37,026 bases of DNA. Origin: a bacterium (GTDB lineage: Bacteria; Babelota; Babeliae; Babelales; JAUWHS01). Made by a program: the position numbers and the translations under genes. Each line of letters opens with the position of its first letter. Within the stretch, counting starts at the first letter, position 1. Location of the stretch: contig JAUWHS010000089.1 in the NCBI GenBank assembly GCA_030605785.1, forward strand, positions 1-37,026, given 5' to 3'. The notes below the pieces were generated by a model. The model was not told where the DNA came from and did no database searches. It saw only the letters and a program-made list of their open reading frames with translations. Positions 1-8,684 of this stretch are shown in pieces.

Positions 1-1
1 C

Positions 2-1210
2 GGTCCGTTTATTGAAAAATCGCATGCAAGAAAAGTGTATAATTTTTTAATTAGAACTTTTAAATTAAAACTTTGCAAACAAAAAATCGATCAGGGTTGT
101 CTTTACTATCACATGGGAATTTGTTCCGGAAATTGCAGAAAAGATTTTGATCAAAATAAATACTTAGAAAAATTAGAACTCGCGAAAAAATCGTTAAAAC
201 AGGGACATAATAAATTTTTAAAATATCTTGAGACAGAAATTGAAAAACACAATCAAAAATTAGAATTTGAAAAATCAAAAGAATTAAATGAATATCTATT
301 TGCGTTTAAAAGTGTTTTTACATCTCTTGAAACAGATGTCGCGAAAAACAGATTAACCGATTTAACAACCAAAGATATTTGGATTTTAAACAATTATTGT
401 TTGAACAATAATTGTTTAAATAAAAATGAAAAAACGCTGTTTTTATTTAGGGAAAAAGAAACGTCATTAAAAAAACAATATGTTTTTTATCCCCCCAAGA
501 ACCCTCTTGAATACTTTCAAAGCTATTATCAAACTCATACAAGCCCAACAACAATTCTTGTTAATTTTGAAATTGAAAGCGAACAAAAAAATTTACTGGA
601 ACAATTTTTACAAAAATGGCATCACAAAATTGATGTTAAAATTATAAAACCTGAAACTGGTTATTTTTTTAATTTAATTAAATTAGCGCAAATAAAAGCC
701 GAACAAGAAATCAAAAAAGAAAAAACTTTAAGCAAATCTTTGCAACAATTTTTAAAATTATCCCACGAAGTTCACACAATTGATTGTTTTGATATTTCTC
801 ATAAACAAGGAATGTTTATGGTTGGTTCATGCGTTAGATTTAAAGATGGTCAACCGGATAAAAACAACTTCAGACGTTTTAAAATTAAAACAGTCGCGAC
901 ACAAAATGATTACGCTTGCTTAAAAGAGATAGTTAAAAGACGTTTTATCAATAGGTTAAATGAAAAGCCGGATTTAATTTTAATTGATGGTGGAAAAGGG
1001 CAGCTTAACGCTGTTAAAGATTTACTTCCTGAAATTGAATTTGCGGCTCTTGCAAAACAAGAAGAAACCATTTTTTCAGATAAATTACCAAATGGGAAAA
1101 AACTAAATTTAAAAACTTTTGTCGGACAAACTTTAATTGCGTTGCGCGATTACACTCATCATTTCGCGATTAGTTATCATAAAAAATTGGAACACATAAA
1201 CAATAAATAA
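2..1210 (+). CDS. uvrC: Excinuclease ABC subunit C, 5'-truncated by the window edge; ends right after the endonuclease core with no (HhH)2 tail
   Basis: The frame is open from base 2 (GPFIEKSHARKVYNF...). It has the UvrC Cys-rich segment QGCLYYHMGICSGNC and a UVR-like helix (LEKLELAKKSLK...EFEKSKELNEY). The endonuclease core is IDCFDISH...FRRFKIK...DLILIDGGKGQLN...HHFAISYH. Stop at 1208-1210. Confidence 0.85.
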   Translation, partial: GPFIEKSHARKVYNFLIRTFKLKLCKQKIDQGCLYYHMGICSGNCRKDFDQNKYLEKLELAKKSLKQGHNKFLKYLETEIEKHNQKLEFEKSKELNEYLFAFKSVFTSLETDVAKNRLTDLTTKDIWILNNYCLNNNCLNKNEKTLFLFREKETSLKKQYVFYPPKNPLEYFQSYYQTHTSPTTILVNFEIESEQKNLLEQFLQKWHHKIDVKIIKPETGYFFNLIKLAQIKAEQEIKKEKTLSKSLQQFLKLSHEVHTIDCFDISHKQGMFMVGSCVRFKDGQPDKNNFRRFKIKTVATQNDYACLKEIVKRRFINRLNEKPDLILIDGGKGQLNAVKDLLPEIEFAALAKQEETIFSDKLPNGKKLNLKTFVGQTLIALRDYTHHFAISYHKKLEHINNK

Positions 1211-1215
1211 TTATT

Positions 1216-1557
1216 TTATGCTTTTGCATAAACAACTCTTCCTTCTCTCTTAATTTTATATACAAGAGTAGTTAAATCGTTGACTCTATCTGTAAATTCA
1301 TCTTTTGTATAAACAATAATATCTTTAGCAACATCAAAATTCCACAAAGCCCGATGTCCATCAACAAGCATTTTATGTCGGTTTTTTTCCGCCTTATCAA
1401 CAACAATAAAAAAATCCAAATCGCTATCCTCGGTTGGATTTCCCCACGCATAAGAACCAAAAAGATAAATTTCTAGCGGATCATAAACTTCAACAAGTTT
1501 ATTTTTCATTTCTTCAATAGTTTTTTTATCAATCATAAAAGACTTTCGTTTTTTCAA
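1216..1557 (-). CDS. Small Pol-beta-superfamily nucleotidyltransferase (MNT-like), 113 aa
   Basis: Carries the motif LFGSYAWGNPTEDSDLDFFIVV (GS-x9-11-D-x-D). Size is typical of minimal nucleotidyltransferases. Confidence 0.75.
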   Translation of the reverse strand: MKKRKSFMIDKKTIEEMKNKLVEVYDPLEIYLFGSYAWGNPTEDSDLDFFIVVDKAEKNRHKMLVDGHRALWNFDVAKDIIVYTKDEFTDRVNDLTTLVYKIKREGRVVYAKA

Positions 1558-1596
1558 TTTTTTTAATTTTGTATAACAAGAAACTTAAAAATAACA

Positions 1597-2637
1597 TCAA
1601 GAAGTTTTATCATCAAATGCATGTAAATATCTTATTCTTTGTTTCAATGTTGGATGAACACCTAAAAAAGGCAAACTAAGATTTTTCTTCAACCATTCAT
1701 AAAAGGCCATCAATCTGTTATTGCTTTTATCAGAACCATCAGACAAATTTTCAAGATATTGAATCATTTGATCTTCATTATCCAAAACTTCAACAGCAGA
1801 TAAATCAGCCCGCTTTTCACTAAGACGTAAAAACCAACTGTTAAAAAAAGCAAAAGCTCCAGGGAAAACAACAGAGAATGAACCGGTTTTATGACATTCA
1901 TCAAAAAAGCAACTACACTCATCAATCCTTTGCGCAAAACCAAAGCTAATAATCCTTAATAAAAAGTTTTGAACAGATAAAGCAAATTTATCATATAAGG
2001 AAAAATTACAAGAAGCTAAATCTGACGATAATGCAAAAAGAGAAAAGGCCTTACCACTGAACAACGTATTTCCAATATCATTATTAAAAAGTAAACTAAT
2101 AAAACCTGAAAACAAAATAAAATTTAACGCTATTTTAATTGGAATATGATTATATTTTAAATGAGAAAGCTCATGAGCAATTATACATTCAAGATCATTT
2201 TTATTTCTATTTTTTAACGTATCTAAACCAAAACAAATAATTCCTATTGTTTTATTCGTCTTTGGAATAACCCCACCATACGCAAAAGTATTTAAAGTTG
2301 AATCACTCAGCAATCCACCCGTAAACTTTTTAGCTAACTTTTTGATGTTACTGCCAACGTGGATAAAAATTAATGGTTTTGTAATCTCAAGCTTTTCACA
2401 AATGCCACCAACTAGACCGTGCAATTCAGGATGATTCTGTTCTGTCGCAATAAACATGCCGTCAGTCAAATATGGCAAAATTGTATGTCTTTGCGTTAAC
2501 TCAGAAATATCATCTATAATTTTTTGAATACTATCAAAATCAATAGATGAATCACTAATATCGTTTTCGTCAGCTATTAATATAGAAAAACTAAAGAAAA
2601 TATAAAAAAGAAAACATAAATATTTATTTAAAAACAT
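1597..2637 (-). CDS. M48-family (HtpX/Ste24-like) zinc metallopeptidase with N-terminal signal/anchor
   Basis: HEXXH motif in IIAHELSHLKYNH. Hydrophobic N-terminus MFLNKYLCFLFYIFFSFSILIA and internal hydrophobic helices after the motif. Confidence 0.7.
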   Translation of the reverse strand: MFLNKYLCFLFYIFFSFSILIADENDISDSSIDFDSIQKIIDDISELTQRHTILPYLTDGMFIATEQNHPELHGLVGGICEKLEITKPLIFIHVGSNIKKLAKKFTGGLLSDSTLNTFAYGGVIPKTNKTIGIICFGLDTLKNRNKNDLECIIAHELSHLKYNHIPIKIALNFILFSGFISLLFNNDIGNTLFSGKAFSLFALSSDLASCNFSLYDKFALSVQNFLLRIISFGFAQRIDECSCFFDECHKTGSFSVVFPGAFAFFNSWFLRLSEKRADLSAVEVLDNEDQMIQYLENLSDGSDKSNNRLMAFYEWLKKNLSLPFLGVHPTLKQRIRYLHAFDDKTS

Positions 2638-2674
2638 CTATAAATCCTAAATTTACAAAATCCTAATTAACATT

Positions 2675-2720
2675 AAAAACAACAGGCTCTGGAATTAAAA
2701 TTCCAGAGCCTGTTGTTTTT
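2675..2720 (-). terminator. Rho-independent terminator (symmetric, bidirectional-looking) after the NfeD-SPFH operon
   Basis: Perfect 14-bp stem aacaggctctggaa (2681-2694) / ttccagagcctgtt (2701-2714) with a 6-nt loop. Flanked by aaaaac upstream and gttttt downstream, so a T-run follows on either strand. Confidence 0.8.
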
Positions 2721-2733
2721 ATCAAGAATCTAT

Positions 2734-3699
2734 TTATTTAGTTTGATTAAATAATTCTTTAATTGTTGCTAATGATCCCATAAGTCCACTTGCCTCATAA
2801 GGCATTAAAATTAATTTACCCGTTTTATCTTTTGTTATTTCAGGTAACGCCTTAATGTAATTAAGAGCGACAAGATATGGTAATGGATCCGTACCGGGAA
2901 CAGCCTTTTGAACAACTTGAATAGCTTTTGATTCAGCATCAGCAACCAAAATTCTAGCTTCCGCTTCACCTTGAGCTTTAGTAATTCTTGCTAATTTTAC
3001 ACCTTCAGCGTTCAAAACAGCGGCCGCTTTTTCACCTTCAGCTTCTAAAATTAAAGCGCGTCTATCACGTTCAGCTCTCATTTGTTTTTCCATTGCTACA
3101 CGAATATCGTTTGGAGGATTAACCTCTTGCAGTTCAACACGGTTAACCTTGACACCCCATTTATCTGTCGCGTCATCAAGAATAATTCTTAATTTTTCGT
3201 TAATTTGATCACGAGAACTTAAACTTTCATCTAAATCCATAGAACCAATAACATTACGCAATGTAGTTTGCGTAAGCTTTTCTATTGCTTGCGGTAAATT
3301 TGAAACTTCATAAACAGCGGCTATTGGATCTGTTATTTGGTAATAAAGCAACGCGTTAATTTCCATTGAAACATTGTCTTTTGTAATAACATTTTGCTTA
3401 GGAAAATCATAAACAGATTCACGTAAATCAATTTTTACAACGTTTTCCGTGTAACGATAGTGATAACCTTTACCTCTTGGATCTTCTTTTACAAAAGTCC
3501 AAAGAGAATTTCTTGGGCTATCAACAAACGGAATAACAAAATTAAGTCCGGATTTTAAAACTTTACTAAACTTACCTAAGCGTTCAATGAGAATTACTTC
3601 CGCTTGCTTTACTAAATAAGTGGCTTTAATTAAAACAACTAAAACAAAGAGAAACAAAAAGATAAAAAAAGGAAAAAACATATTTGTAAATGTGATCAT
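2734..3699 (-). CDS. SPFH/band-7 (stomatin/prohibitin-like) membrane protein
   Basis: N-terminal TM helix, then VKQAEVILIERLGKF...NVITKDNV...INALLYYQITDP...RNVIGSMDLDE...WGVKVNRVELQEV. Ends in an Ala/Glu-rich coiled coil, the typical SPFH layout. Confidence 0.9.
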   Translation of the reverse strand: MITFTNMFFPFFIFLFLFVLVVLIKATYLVKQAEVILIERLGKFSKVLKSGLNFVIPFVDSPRNSLWTFVKEDPRGKGYHYRYTENVVKIDLRESVYDFPKQNVITKDNVSMEINALLYYQITDPIAAVYEVSNLPQAIEKLTQTTLRNVIGSMDLDESLSSRDQINEKLRIILDDATDKWGVKVNRVELQEVNPPNDIRVAMEKQMRAERDRRALILEAEGEKAAAVLNAEGVKLARITKAQGEAEARILVADAESKAIQVVQKAVPGTDPLPYLVALNYIKALPEITKDKTGKLILMPYEASGLMGSLATIKELFNQTK

Positions 3700-3714
3700 A
3701 ATAAAACTCCTAAA

Positions 3715-4167
3715 TTATAATTTGCGAACAATTAACTTATTACCCACAACACGGAGAACTTTAATAACTTCATCCGTTTGCAAAATCATATTATCTTGCG
3801 AAATCGCAGACCAAATTTCGCCGCCAATTTTTACTTGGCCTTTTTTATTGGGTTCAACAATTTTAACAACAACGCCTTTTCTACCGGTAAGAGCGTCAGT
3901 ATTTGTATCTTCTGTAACCGCGTTTTTTATTTTTGACGCAAAAAAATATTTCAAAATAGTAAACGCTAAAATTGAACTAATTAAAGCGGTCCAACATTGA
4001 ACAACAAACGAAGCCTCAAAAAAAGCGGTAACCGCGGAAATAAAAAATCCAACTGAAAATGCTATAAAAATAAATAGCCCGGGAGTACCAAGCTCAGCGA
4101 AAAGAAATAATATAGCCAAGGTTAGCCAAAAATAAGGAACTATTGCCGGCTCAACTATCCAAAACAT
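3715..4167 (-). CDS. NfeD-family membrane protein (partner of the SPFH protein)
   Basis: Three N-terminal hydrophobic helices plus a C-terminal OB-like segment GRKGVVVKIVEPNKKGQVKIGGEIWSAIS...IKVLRVVGNKLIV. Lies 15 nt upstream of the SPFH gene, the classic nfeD-SPFH operon. Confidence 0.85.
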   Translation of the reverse strand: MFWIVEPAIVPYFWLTLAILFLFAELGTPGLFIFIAFSVGFFISAVTAFFEASFVVQCWTALISSILAFTILKYFFASKIKNAVTEDTNTDALTGRKGVVVKIVEPNKKGQVKIGGEIWSAISQDNMILQTDEVIKVLRVVGNKLIVRKL

Positions 4168-4222
4168 TATGTACCCTTATTTTAAAAAATTCATAAAATA
4201 AACCTACGACAAAAAATAGATA

Positions 4223-4909
4223 CTAAACAAACGGATTATGCCCTAAAAAACACAAACTTTCAACAAGGGGATCTACTAAATTTTGCCACTTATCTTCTTG
4301 GTCTATTCCAACCTCTATTCCAATAGCGGGAGCCGTTATTCCGACCAGCGGCTTAAAAGGAATACCATAAGGGCCATAAAAATCAAATTGTTTTTGATAG
4401 TCTGATTGAGATAAAATCTCTTTCATTCTTTTACCAAAAAATACAGTTGTACCAATATTCGCAAAATGAGCCTGATGAATTGGTACAAATAGTAACTCAT
4501 CAATCGTTCTTTTGGCCAAATCAACAATTGGATCATAAACCAAATGATAAATATAAATTTTGGGTTTTACGCTTGACTCACGGTAAATATGTAAACTGCA
4601 ATAAAAAGTAACTTGTAATCTATTCGCGAAAGACGCGTTTTGAAGATCAATTATTTCTTCTCCGGGAAAGCGCGTAAGAACCGAACGAACCCCATATTTT
4701 TCATTTAACGCGTCTTTTAATTTTTCCGCAAACTTAAATGTTTCCCCTCGTTCATAACTTTCAACTAAACGACGTCCTACATTTTTCGCGTGACCGGCAG
4801 GATCAATCATCACTAGTGATTGATTCTGAATAGCATTAAATGAGGATAATCTTGTAAATACCAATAAAAATAGAAAATAAATGTTTTTTCTGTACATTAT
4901 TATCTTCAA
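4223..4909 (-). CDS. Probable N-acetylmuramoyl-L-alanine amidase (divergent Amidase_3-like), secreted
   Basis: Signal peptide. MIDPAGHAKNVGRR resembles DPGHGG, ERGETFKFAEKLKDAL resembles E-x-D-LA-L, and FANRL...FYCSLHIY resembles the ANxxxADLFxSIHxN block. Family call rests on remembered motifs only. Confidence 0.5.
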   Translation of the reverse strand: MKIIMYRKNIYFLFLLVFTRLSSFNAIQNQSLVMIDPAGHAKNVGRRLVESYERGETFKFAEKLKDALNEKYGVRSVLTRFPGEEIIDLQNASFANRLQVTFYCSLHIYRESSVKPKIYIYHLVYDPIVDLAKRTIDELLFVPIHQAHFANIGTTVFFGKRMKEILSQSDYQKQFDFYGPYGIPFKPLVGITAPAIGIEVGIDQEDKWQNLVDPLVESLCFLGHNPFV

Positions 4910-4989
4910 AGCCCAATAATTAAATTATTTAATTCGATTGTTCGTAAAAATACATTTATAACCATTTATCAAAGTTTTATCAAAATAAA

Positions 4990-5994
4990 ATGAAAAATAT
5001 TTTAACCTTAGCTAATTTAGTCACGACTTTAAGAATTATACTTTCTCCGATATTCATTATCATGGCAATTTGGGGTGGAAACTATCTTATTGGAGCTACG
5101 GTAATTCTAACAGTCGCGGCAATAACCGATTTTTTTGACGGGAAAATAGCCCGTAGTTACAAAACAGTTTCAAAACTTGGAACTTTTTTAGATCCCTTGG
5201 CGGATAAAATTTTATTATCTTCAGTCTTTATTTCTTTTGCAATTCTAAAAATAATACCCTTCTGGCCGGTAATTTTAATAACATTTCGAGAATTTTTAAT
5301 AACATTTCTAAGAATTACAGAATTTTTAAAAGGAAAACAATTAAATACTTTGTATATAGGAAAATTAAAAACAGGAATACAATTCGCGTCGATATATCTA
5401 ATCCTTTTATACATGTTAGTTTCAACTTTTATAAATAATCCAATGCTAACTCAAATATCTTTTAATTGCGCAATAACAGCTTTTTATATTGCCGCGCTAA
5501 TTACAGTTTATTCCGGATTAGTTTACCTCAAACAAAGTAATAAACTTTATGAATTTATTTCTACCTTTAGTTACATTGGTTACTTTCCCATTAGTCCCGG
5601 AACATTCGCAAGCTTTATAACTTGCGCAGCTTTGTTTTTTATGCCTGAAATATCCATTTCATCCGGTTCTTTTTTATTAACTTTAATGTTTATCTTAGGG
5701 GTATTCACATCCGGAAAATTCGCGAAGAAATCTCATATAGACGATCCATCTTGCGTTGTAATAGATGAAGTTTGTGGAATGTTTTTGGTTTTATTTTTCG
5801 CGCCCAAAACAATTTACTCTTACATTTTAGCGTTTGCTTTATTCCGTTTTTTCGATATCACAAAAATTCCATTTATTGGAAAAGTAGAAAAAAAATTCAA
5901 CTCCGGTTTTGGAATTATGTTTGATGATATTTTGGCCGCGATTTTTTCAATAATTATAATTTTAAGTATTAAATTTTTATATTTTTATATTTAA
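4990..5994 (+). CDS. Fusion protein: CDP-alcohol phosphatidyltransferase (PgsA-like) N-terminal half + phosphatidylglycerophosphatase A (PgpA) C-terminal half
   Basis: Exact CDP-OH-P motif DFFDGKIARSYKTVSKLGTFLDPLADK (D-x2-DG-x2-AR-x8-G-x3-D-x3-D). PgpA motifs follow in the same ORF: ISPGTFASF, DDPSCVVIDEVCGMF, FRFFDITKIP, GFGIMFDDILAAIFS. Confidence 0.85.
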   Translation: MKNILTLANLVTTLRIILSPIFIIMAIWGGNYLIGATVILTVAAITDFFDGKIARSYKTVSKLGTFLDPLADKILLSSVFISFAILKIIPFWPVILITFREFLITFLRITEFLKGKQLNTLYIGKLKTGIQFASIYLILLYMLVSTFINNPMLTQISFNCAITAFYIAALITVYSGLVYLKQSNKLYEFISTFSYIGYFPISPGTFASFITCAALFFMPEISISSGSFLLTLMFILGVFTSGKFAKKSHIDDPSCVVIDEVCGMFLVLFFAPKTIYSYILAFALFRFFDITKIPFIGKVEKKFNSGFGIMFDDILAAIFSIIIILSIKFLYFYI

Positions 5995-6016
5995 AATCTT
6001 AAAAATAAAGTTCCTA

Positions 6017-6045
6017 TTGGCTGCTAACAGCAAAAATGGTATCAT
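6017..6045 (+). promoter_or_regulatory. Putative sigma70-type promoter for alaS
   Basis: TTGGCT (6017-6022), 17-nt spacer, TATCAT (6040-6045) with TG one base upstream (extended -10, tgGTATCAT). About 47 nt upstream of the alaS ATG. Confidence 0.4.
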
Positions 6046-6092
6046 GATCCTGTTTTATATAAGCTATATTTAATTTTATCCAGGGATAAAAA

Positions 6093-8684
6093 ATGAATTC
6101 TCTTCAAATTCGCGCAAAGTTTTTAAATTTTTTCAAAAACAATGGTCATACAATTGTTCCCAGTTCATCTTTAATTCCGGTACAAGATCCAACACTTCTG
6201 TTTACAAACGCCGGTATGAATCAATTTAAAGATGTTTTTTTAGGAAAAGAAAAAAGAACATACAAAAAAGCAACCTCTATTCAAAAATGCGTCAGAGCCG
6301 GTGGAAAACATAATGACCTGGATCAAGTGGGTTTTACAAATAAGCATTTAACATTTTTCGAAATGATGGGGAATTTTTCTTTTGGTGATTATTTCAAAGA
6401 AGAAGCAATAAAATATGCCTGGGAATTTTTAACAAAAGAAATGAAACTGCCTGAAGATAAATTAGTTATTTCTGTTTTTACAACAGATGATGAATCGTAT
6501 GAAATATGGAATAAACAAATTGGAATTTCTCCTGAAAAAATTTACCGCTTAGGTGAAAAAGAAAACTTTTGGCAAATGGGGGATACCGGACCATGTGGAC
6601 CATGCGCGGAAATTCATATGGATCTTGGCAAAGATAAAAGCTGTAAAAATAAAAATTGTGACCCTTCCTGCGACTGCAAACGCTTTGTTGAAATCTGGAA
6701 TCTTGTTTTTATGCAATACAACAAACAAGAAGACGGTGAATTAAAACCATTAAAACAAAAAGGCGTTGATACAGGAATGGGTTTTGAACGTCTTTGTATG
6801 GTTGTACAAAACAAATCATCTCTTTTTGAAATTGACACATTCCAAGATTTAATAAAAAAAATCGAAGAACTAACCAAAAAAACTTACGCAAAAAGCGCAA
6901 ATAAAACTAAAGCCGCCTTCAATGTTCTCGCGGATCATGTAAGAGCATGCTCACTACTTATTGCTGATGGCTGTATGCCTTCAAACGAAGGCCGTGGTTA
7001 TGTTTTAAGAAAAATCATTCGACGAGCAGCTCTTTTTGCTCAAAAACTTTCAGATAATAAAAAACTTTTTCCGGCTCTTTCAACAGAGCTTGTAAAAATA
7101 ATGGGATCAATTTATCCGGAACTTGAAACGAACAAAGAACTTATTTTTAAAGTTTTAACATCTGAAATTGAACGCTTTTCAGAAAATTTAATTCAGGGTC
7201 AAAATATTTTTCTAAAATATTTTGATATCAATAAAAAAGAAGGAGTTAATGCACTGACAGGGCAACAGGCATTCAAACTTTACGATACTTATGGCTTTCC
7301 ATTAGAGCTAACAATACTCATGGCAAAAGAACAAGGTTTTGATGTTGATACAGACGGGTTTGAAATGGAAATGAAAAAACAACAAAAACAATCCGGTAAA
7401 AAAATACAAAAAGAGGAAGAAAATAAATTGGAAAAAAAAATACCCGAAAATATAAAAAATAAGTTTACCGGCCATGACGAACTAGAAAACAAAAGTAAAG
7501 TTATTTTTACTCTTCCTGAAAACCAAGATCTTTGGATAATAACAGAACAAACACCTTTTTATGTTGAATCCGGTGGACAGATTAGTGATTCAGGATGGAT
7601 AACAATTAATGAAAAAACGTATCCAATTATTCAATTTTATAAAAATAATAAAGTTATTGCTGTAAAAATAAAAACTGAAGCTGATGATAAAATTAAAGTT
7701 GGTGATATCGCGCGCAGCGTTGTTGATTATTACGCGCGACTAAACACAATGAAAAATCATACAGCAACACATATGCTACAAGCGGCATTGATTCAAATTG
7801 TTGGCAAACAAATAAAACAGGCCGGCTCATTTGTAAACGATAAAGTTTTGCGTTTTGACATAACACATCATGAAGCTTTAACAAAAGAACAAATTAACCA
7901 AATTGAAAAACTGGTAAACGACAAAATTCAGGAAAATCTCGAATTAAAAATATTTAATACAACACTTGAAAAAGCAAAAGAGGCCGGGGCAATGGCATTT
8001 TTTGGAGAAAAATATAATCCGGAAAATGTCCGTGTAATTCAAATTCCAGGTTTTTCAACAGAACTTTGTGGAGGAACACATGTTAAGAGAACCGGAGATA
8101 TTGGATGTTTTAAACTTTTAAGTGACATGGCGCTTGCTTCCGGTGTACGAAGACTAACAGGAACAACGGGATCTGAAGCAATTAGAATTTTCCAGGAAAA
8201 TTTTGACACAAACAAAAAATTATCTGAAAAATTCAAAGTAAAACAACAAAAAATAATTGAAGCGGTAGAAAAACAACAAGAAAACTTTGAAAACTCATTA
8301 AAAGAAATCAAACAACTAAAAAAACAACTTCTTAAAACCCAAATTCCACAATGGGCAACACAAATAGAACAAATTAACGATTTACCATTTTTATTTTTGG
8401 AACTCCCGGACTTAAACAACGTTGAATTAAAGCAAATCGCAACAGAGATCGAAAAAACAAAACCGGCCTTTTTCTTTTTAATTTCAGGAAAAGATAAAAT
8501 AAATTTCGTTTGTTATTTAAGTAAAAACTTTGAAAAGAAAATAAATCTCAACGATCTTTCTAATTTTTTAAAAAAAGAATTGCGATTAAAAGGCGGAGGA
8601 AGCGAAACCTTAATTCAAGGTGGTGGAGAAAAAACAAAAAACATTAAAGCTCAAATCGTTAATTGGGTAAAAAATCTAAAATGA
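6093..8684 (+). CDS. alaS: Alanine--tRNA ligase
   Basis: Class II AlaRS motifs: FTNAGMNQFK, RAGGKHNDLDQVG, FFEMMGNFSFGDYFK, DTGPCGPCAEIH, VDTGMGFERL. Also the editing-domain HTATHML...CGGTHV and a C-terminal DHHA1-like GGGSETLIQGGG. Confidence 0.97.
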   Translation: MNSLQIRAKFLNFFKNNGHTIVPSSSLIPVQDPTLLFTNAGMNQFKDVFLGKEKRTYKKATSIQKCVRAGGKHNDLDQVGFTNKHLTFFEMMGNFSFGDYFKEEAIKYAWEFLTKEMKLPEDKLVISVFTTDDESYEIWNKQIGISPEKIYRLGEKENFWQMGDTGPCGPCAEIHMDLGKDKSCKNKNCDPSCDCKRFVEIWNLVFMQYNKQEDGELKPLKQKGVDTGMGFERLCMVVQNKSSLFEIDTFQDLIKKIEELTKKTYAKSANKTKAAFNVLADHVRACSLLIADGCMPSNEGRGYVLRKIIRRAALFAQKLSDNKKLFPALSTELVKIMGSIYPELETNKELIFKVLTSEIERFSENLIQGQNIFLKYFDINKKEGVNALTGQQAFKLYDTYGFPLELTILMAKEQGFDVDTDGFEMEMKKQQKQSGKKIQKEEENKLEKKIPENIKNKFTGHDELENKSKVIFTLPENQDLWIITEQTPFYVESGGQISDSGWITINEKTYPIIQFYKNNKVIAVKIKTEADDKIKVGDIARSVVDYYARLNTMKNHTATHMLQAALIQIVGKQIKQAGSFVNDKVLRFDITHHEALTKEQINQIEKLVNDKIQENLELKIFNTTLEKAKEAGAMAFFGEKYNPENVRVIQIPGFSTELCGGTHVKRTGDIGCFKLLSDMALASGVRRLTGTTGSEAIRIFQENFDTNKKLSEKFKVKQQKIIEAVEKQQENFENSLKEIKQLKKQLLKTQIPQWATQIEQINDLPFLFLELPDLNNVELKQIATEIEKTKPAFFFLISGKDKINFVCYLSKNFEKKINLNDLSNFLKKELRLKGGGSETLIQGGGEKTKNIKAQIVNWVKNLK

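Noticed and set aside
1216-2637. M48 peptidase + MNT nucleotidyltransferase as a two-gene toxin-antitoxin or defence module
   Set aside because: Co-orientation and a 39-nt gap are the only evidence. The M48 protein looks like a membrane or secreted housekeeping protease, and I know of no such paired system. I kept only a low-interest note on the orphan MNT.
3620-4000. 126-aa plus-strand ORF spanning the SPFH/NfeD junction
   Set aside because: It is antisense to two well-supported genes, its product is Lys/Thr/Ile-rich low-complexity, and it has no RBS.
5995-6092. T-box or other leader riboswitch in front of alaS
   Set aside because: The spacer is only 98 nt and has no T-box consensus (AATTAGGGTGGTACCGCG-like) and no specifier or terminator-antiterminator arrangement. 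It is too short for such a leader.
8663-8680. ORF-track N-terminal extensions: ndk from 8663, groEL from 21691, ANK-LRR from 22247, hypothetical from 19863
   Set aside because: In each case an internal ATG gives the conserved protein N-terminus or a signal peptide. For three it is preceded by a Shine-Dalgarno sequence, and for ndk it forms an ATGA stop-start overlap. The extensions overlap the upstream gene or lack an RBS.
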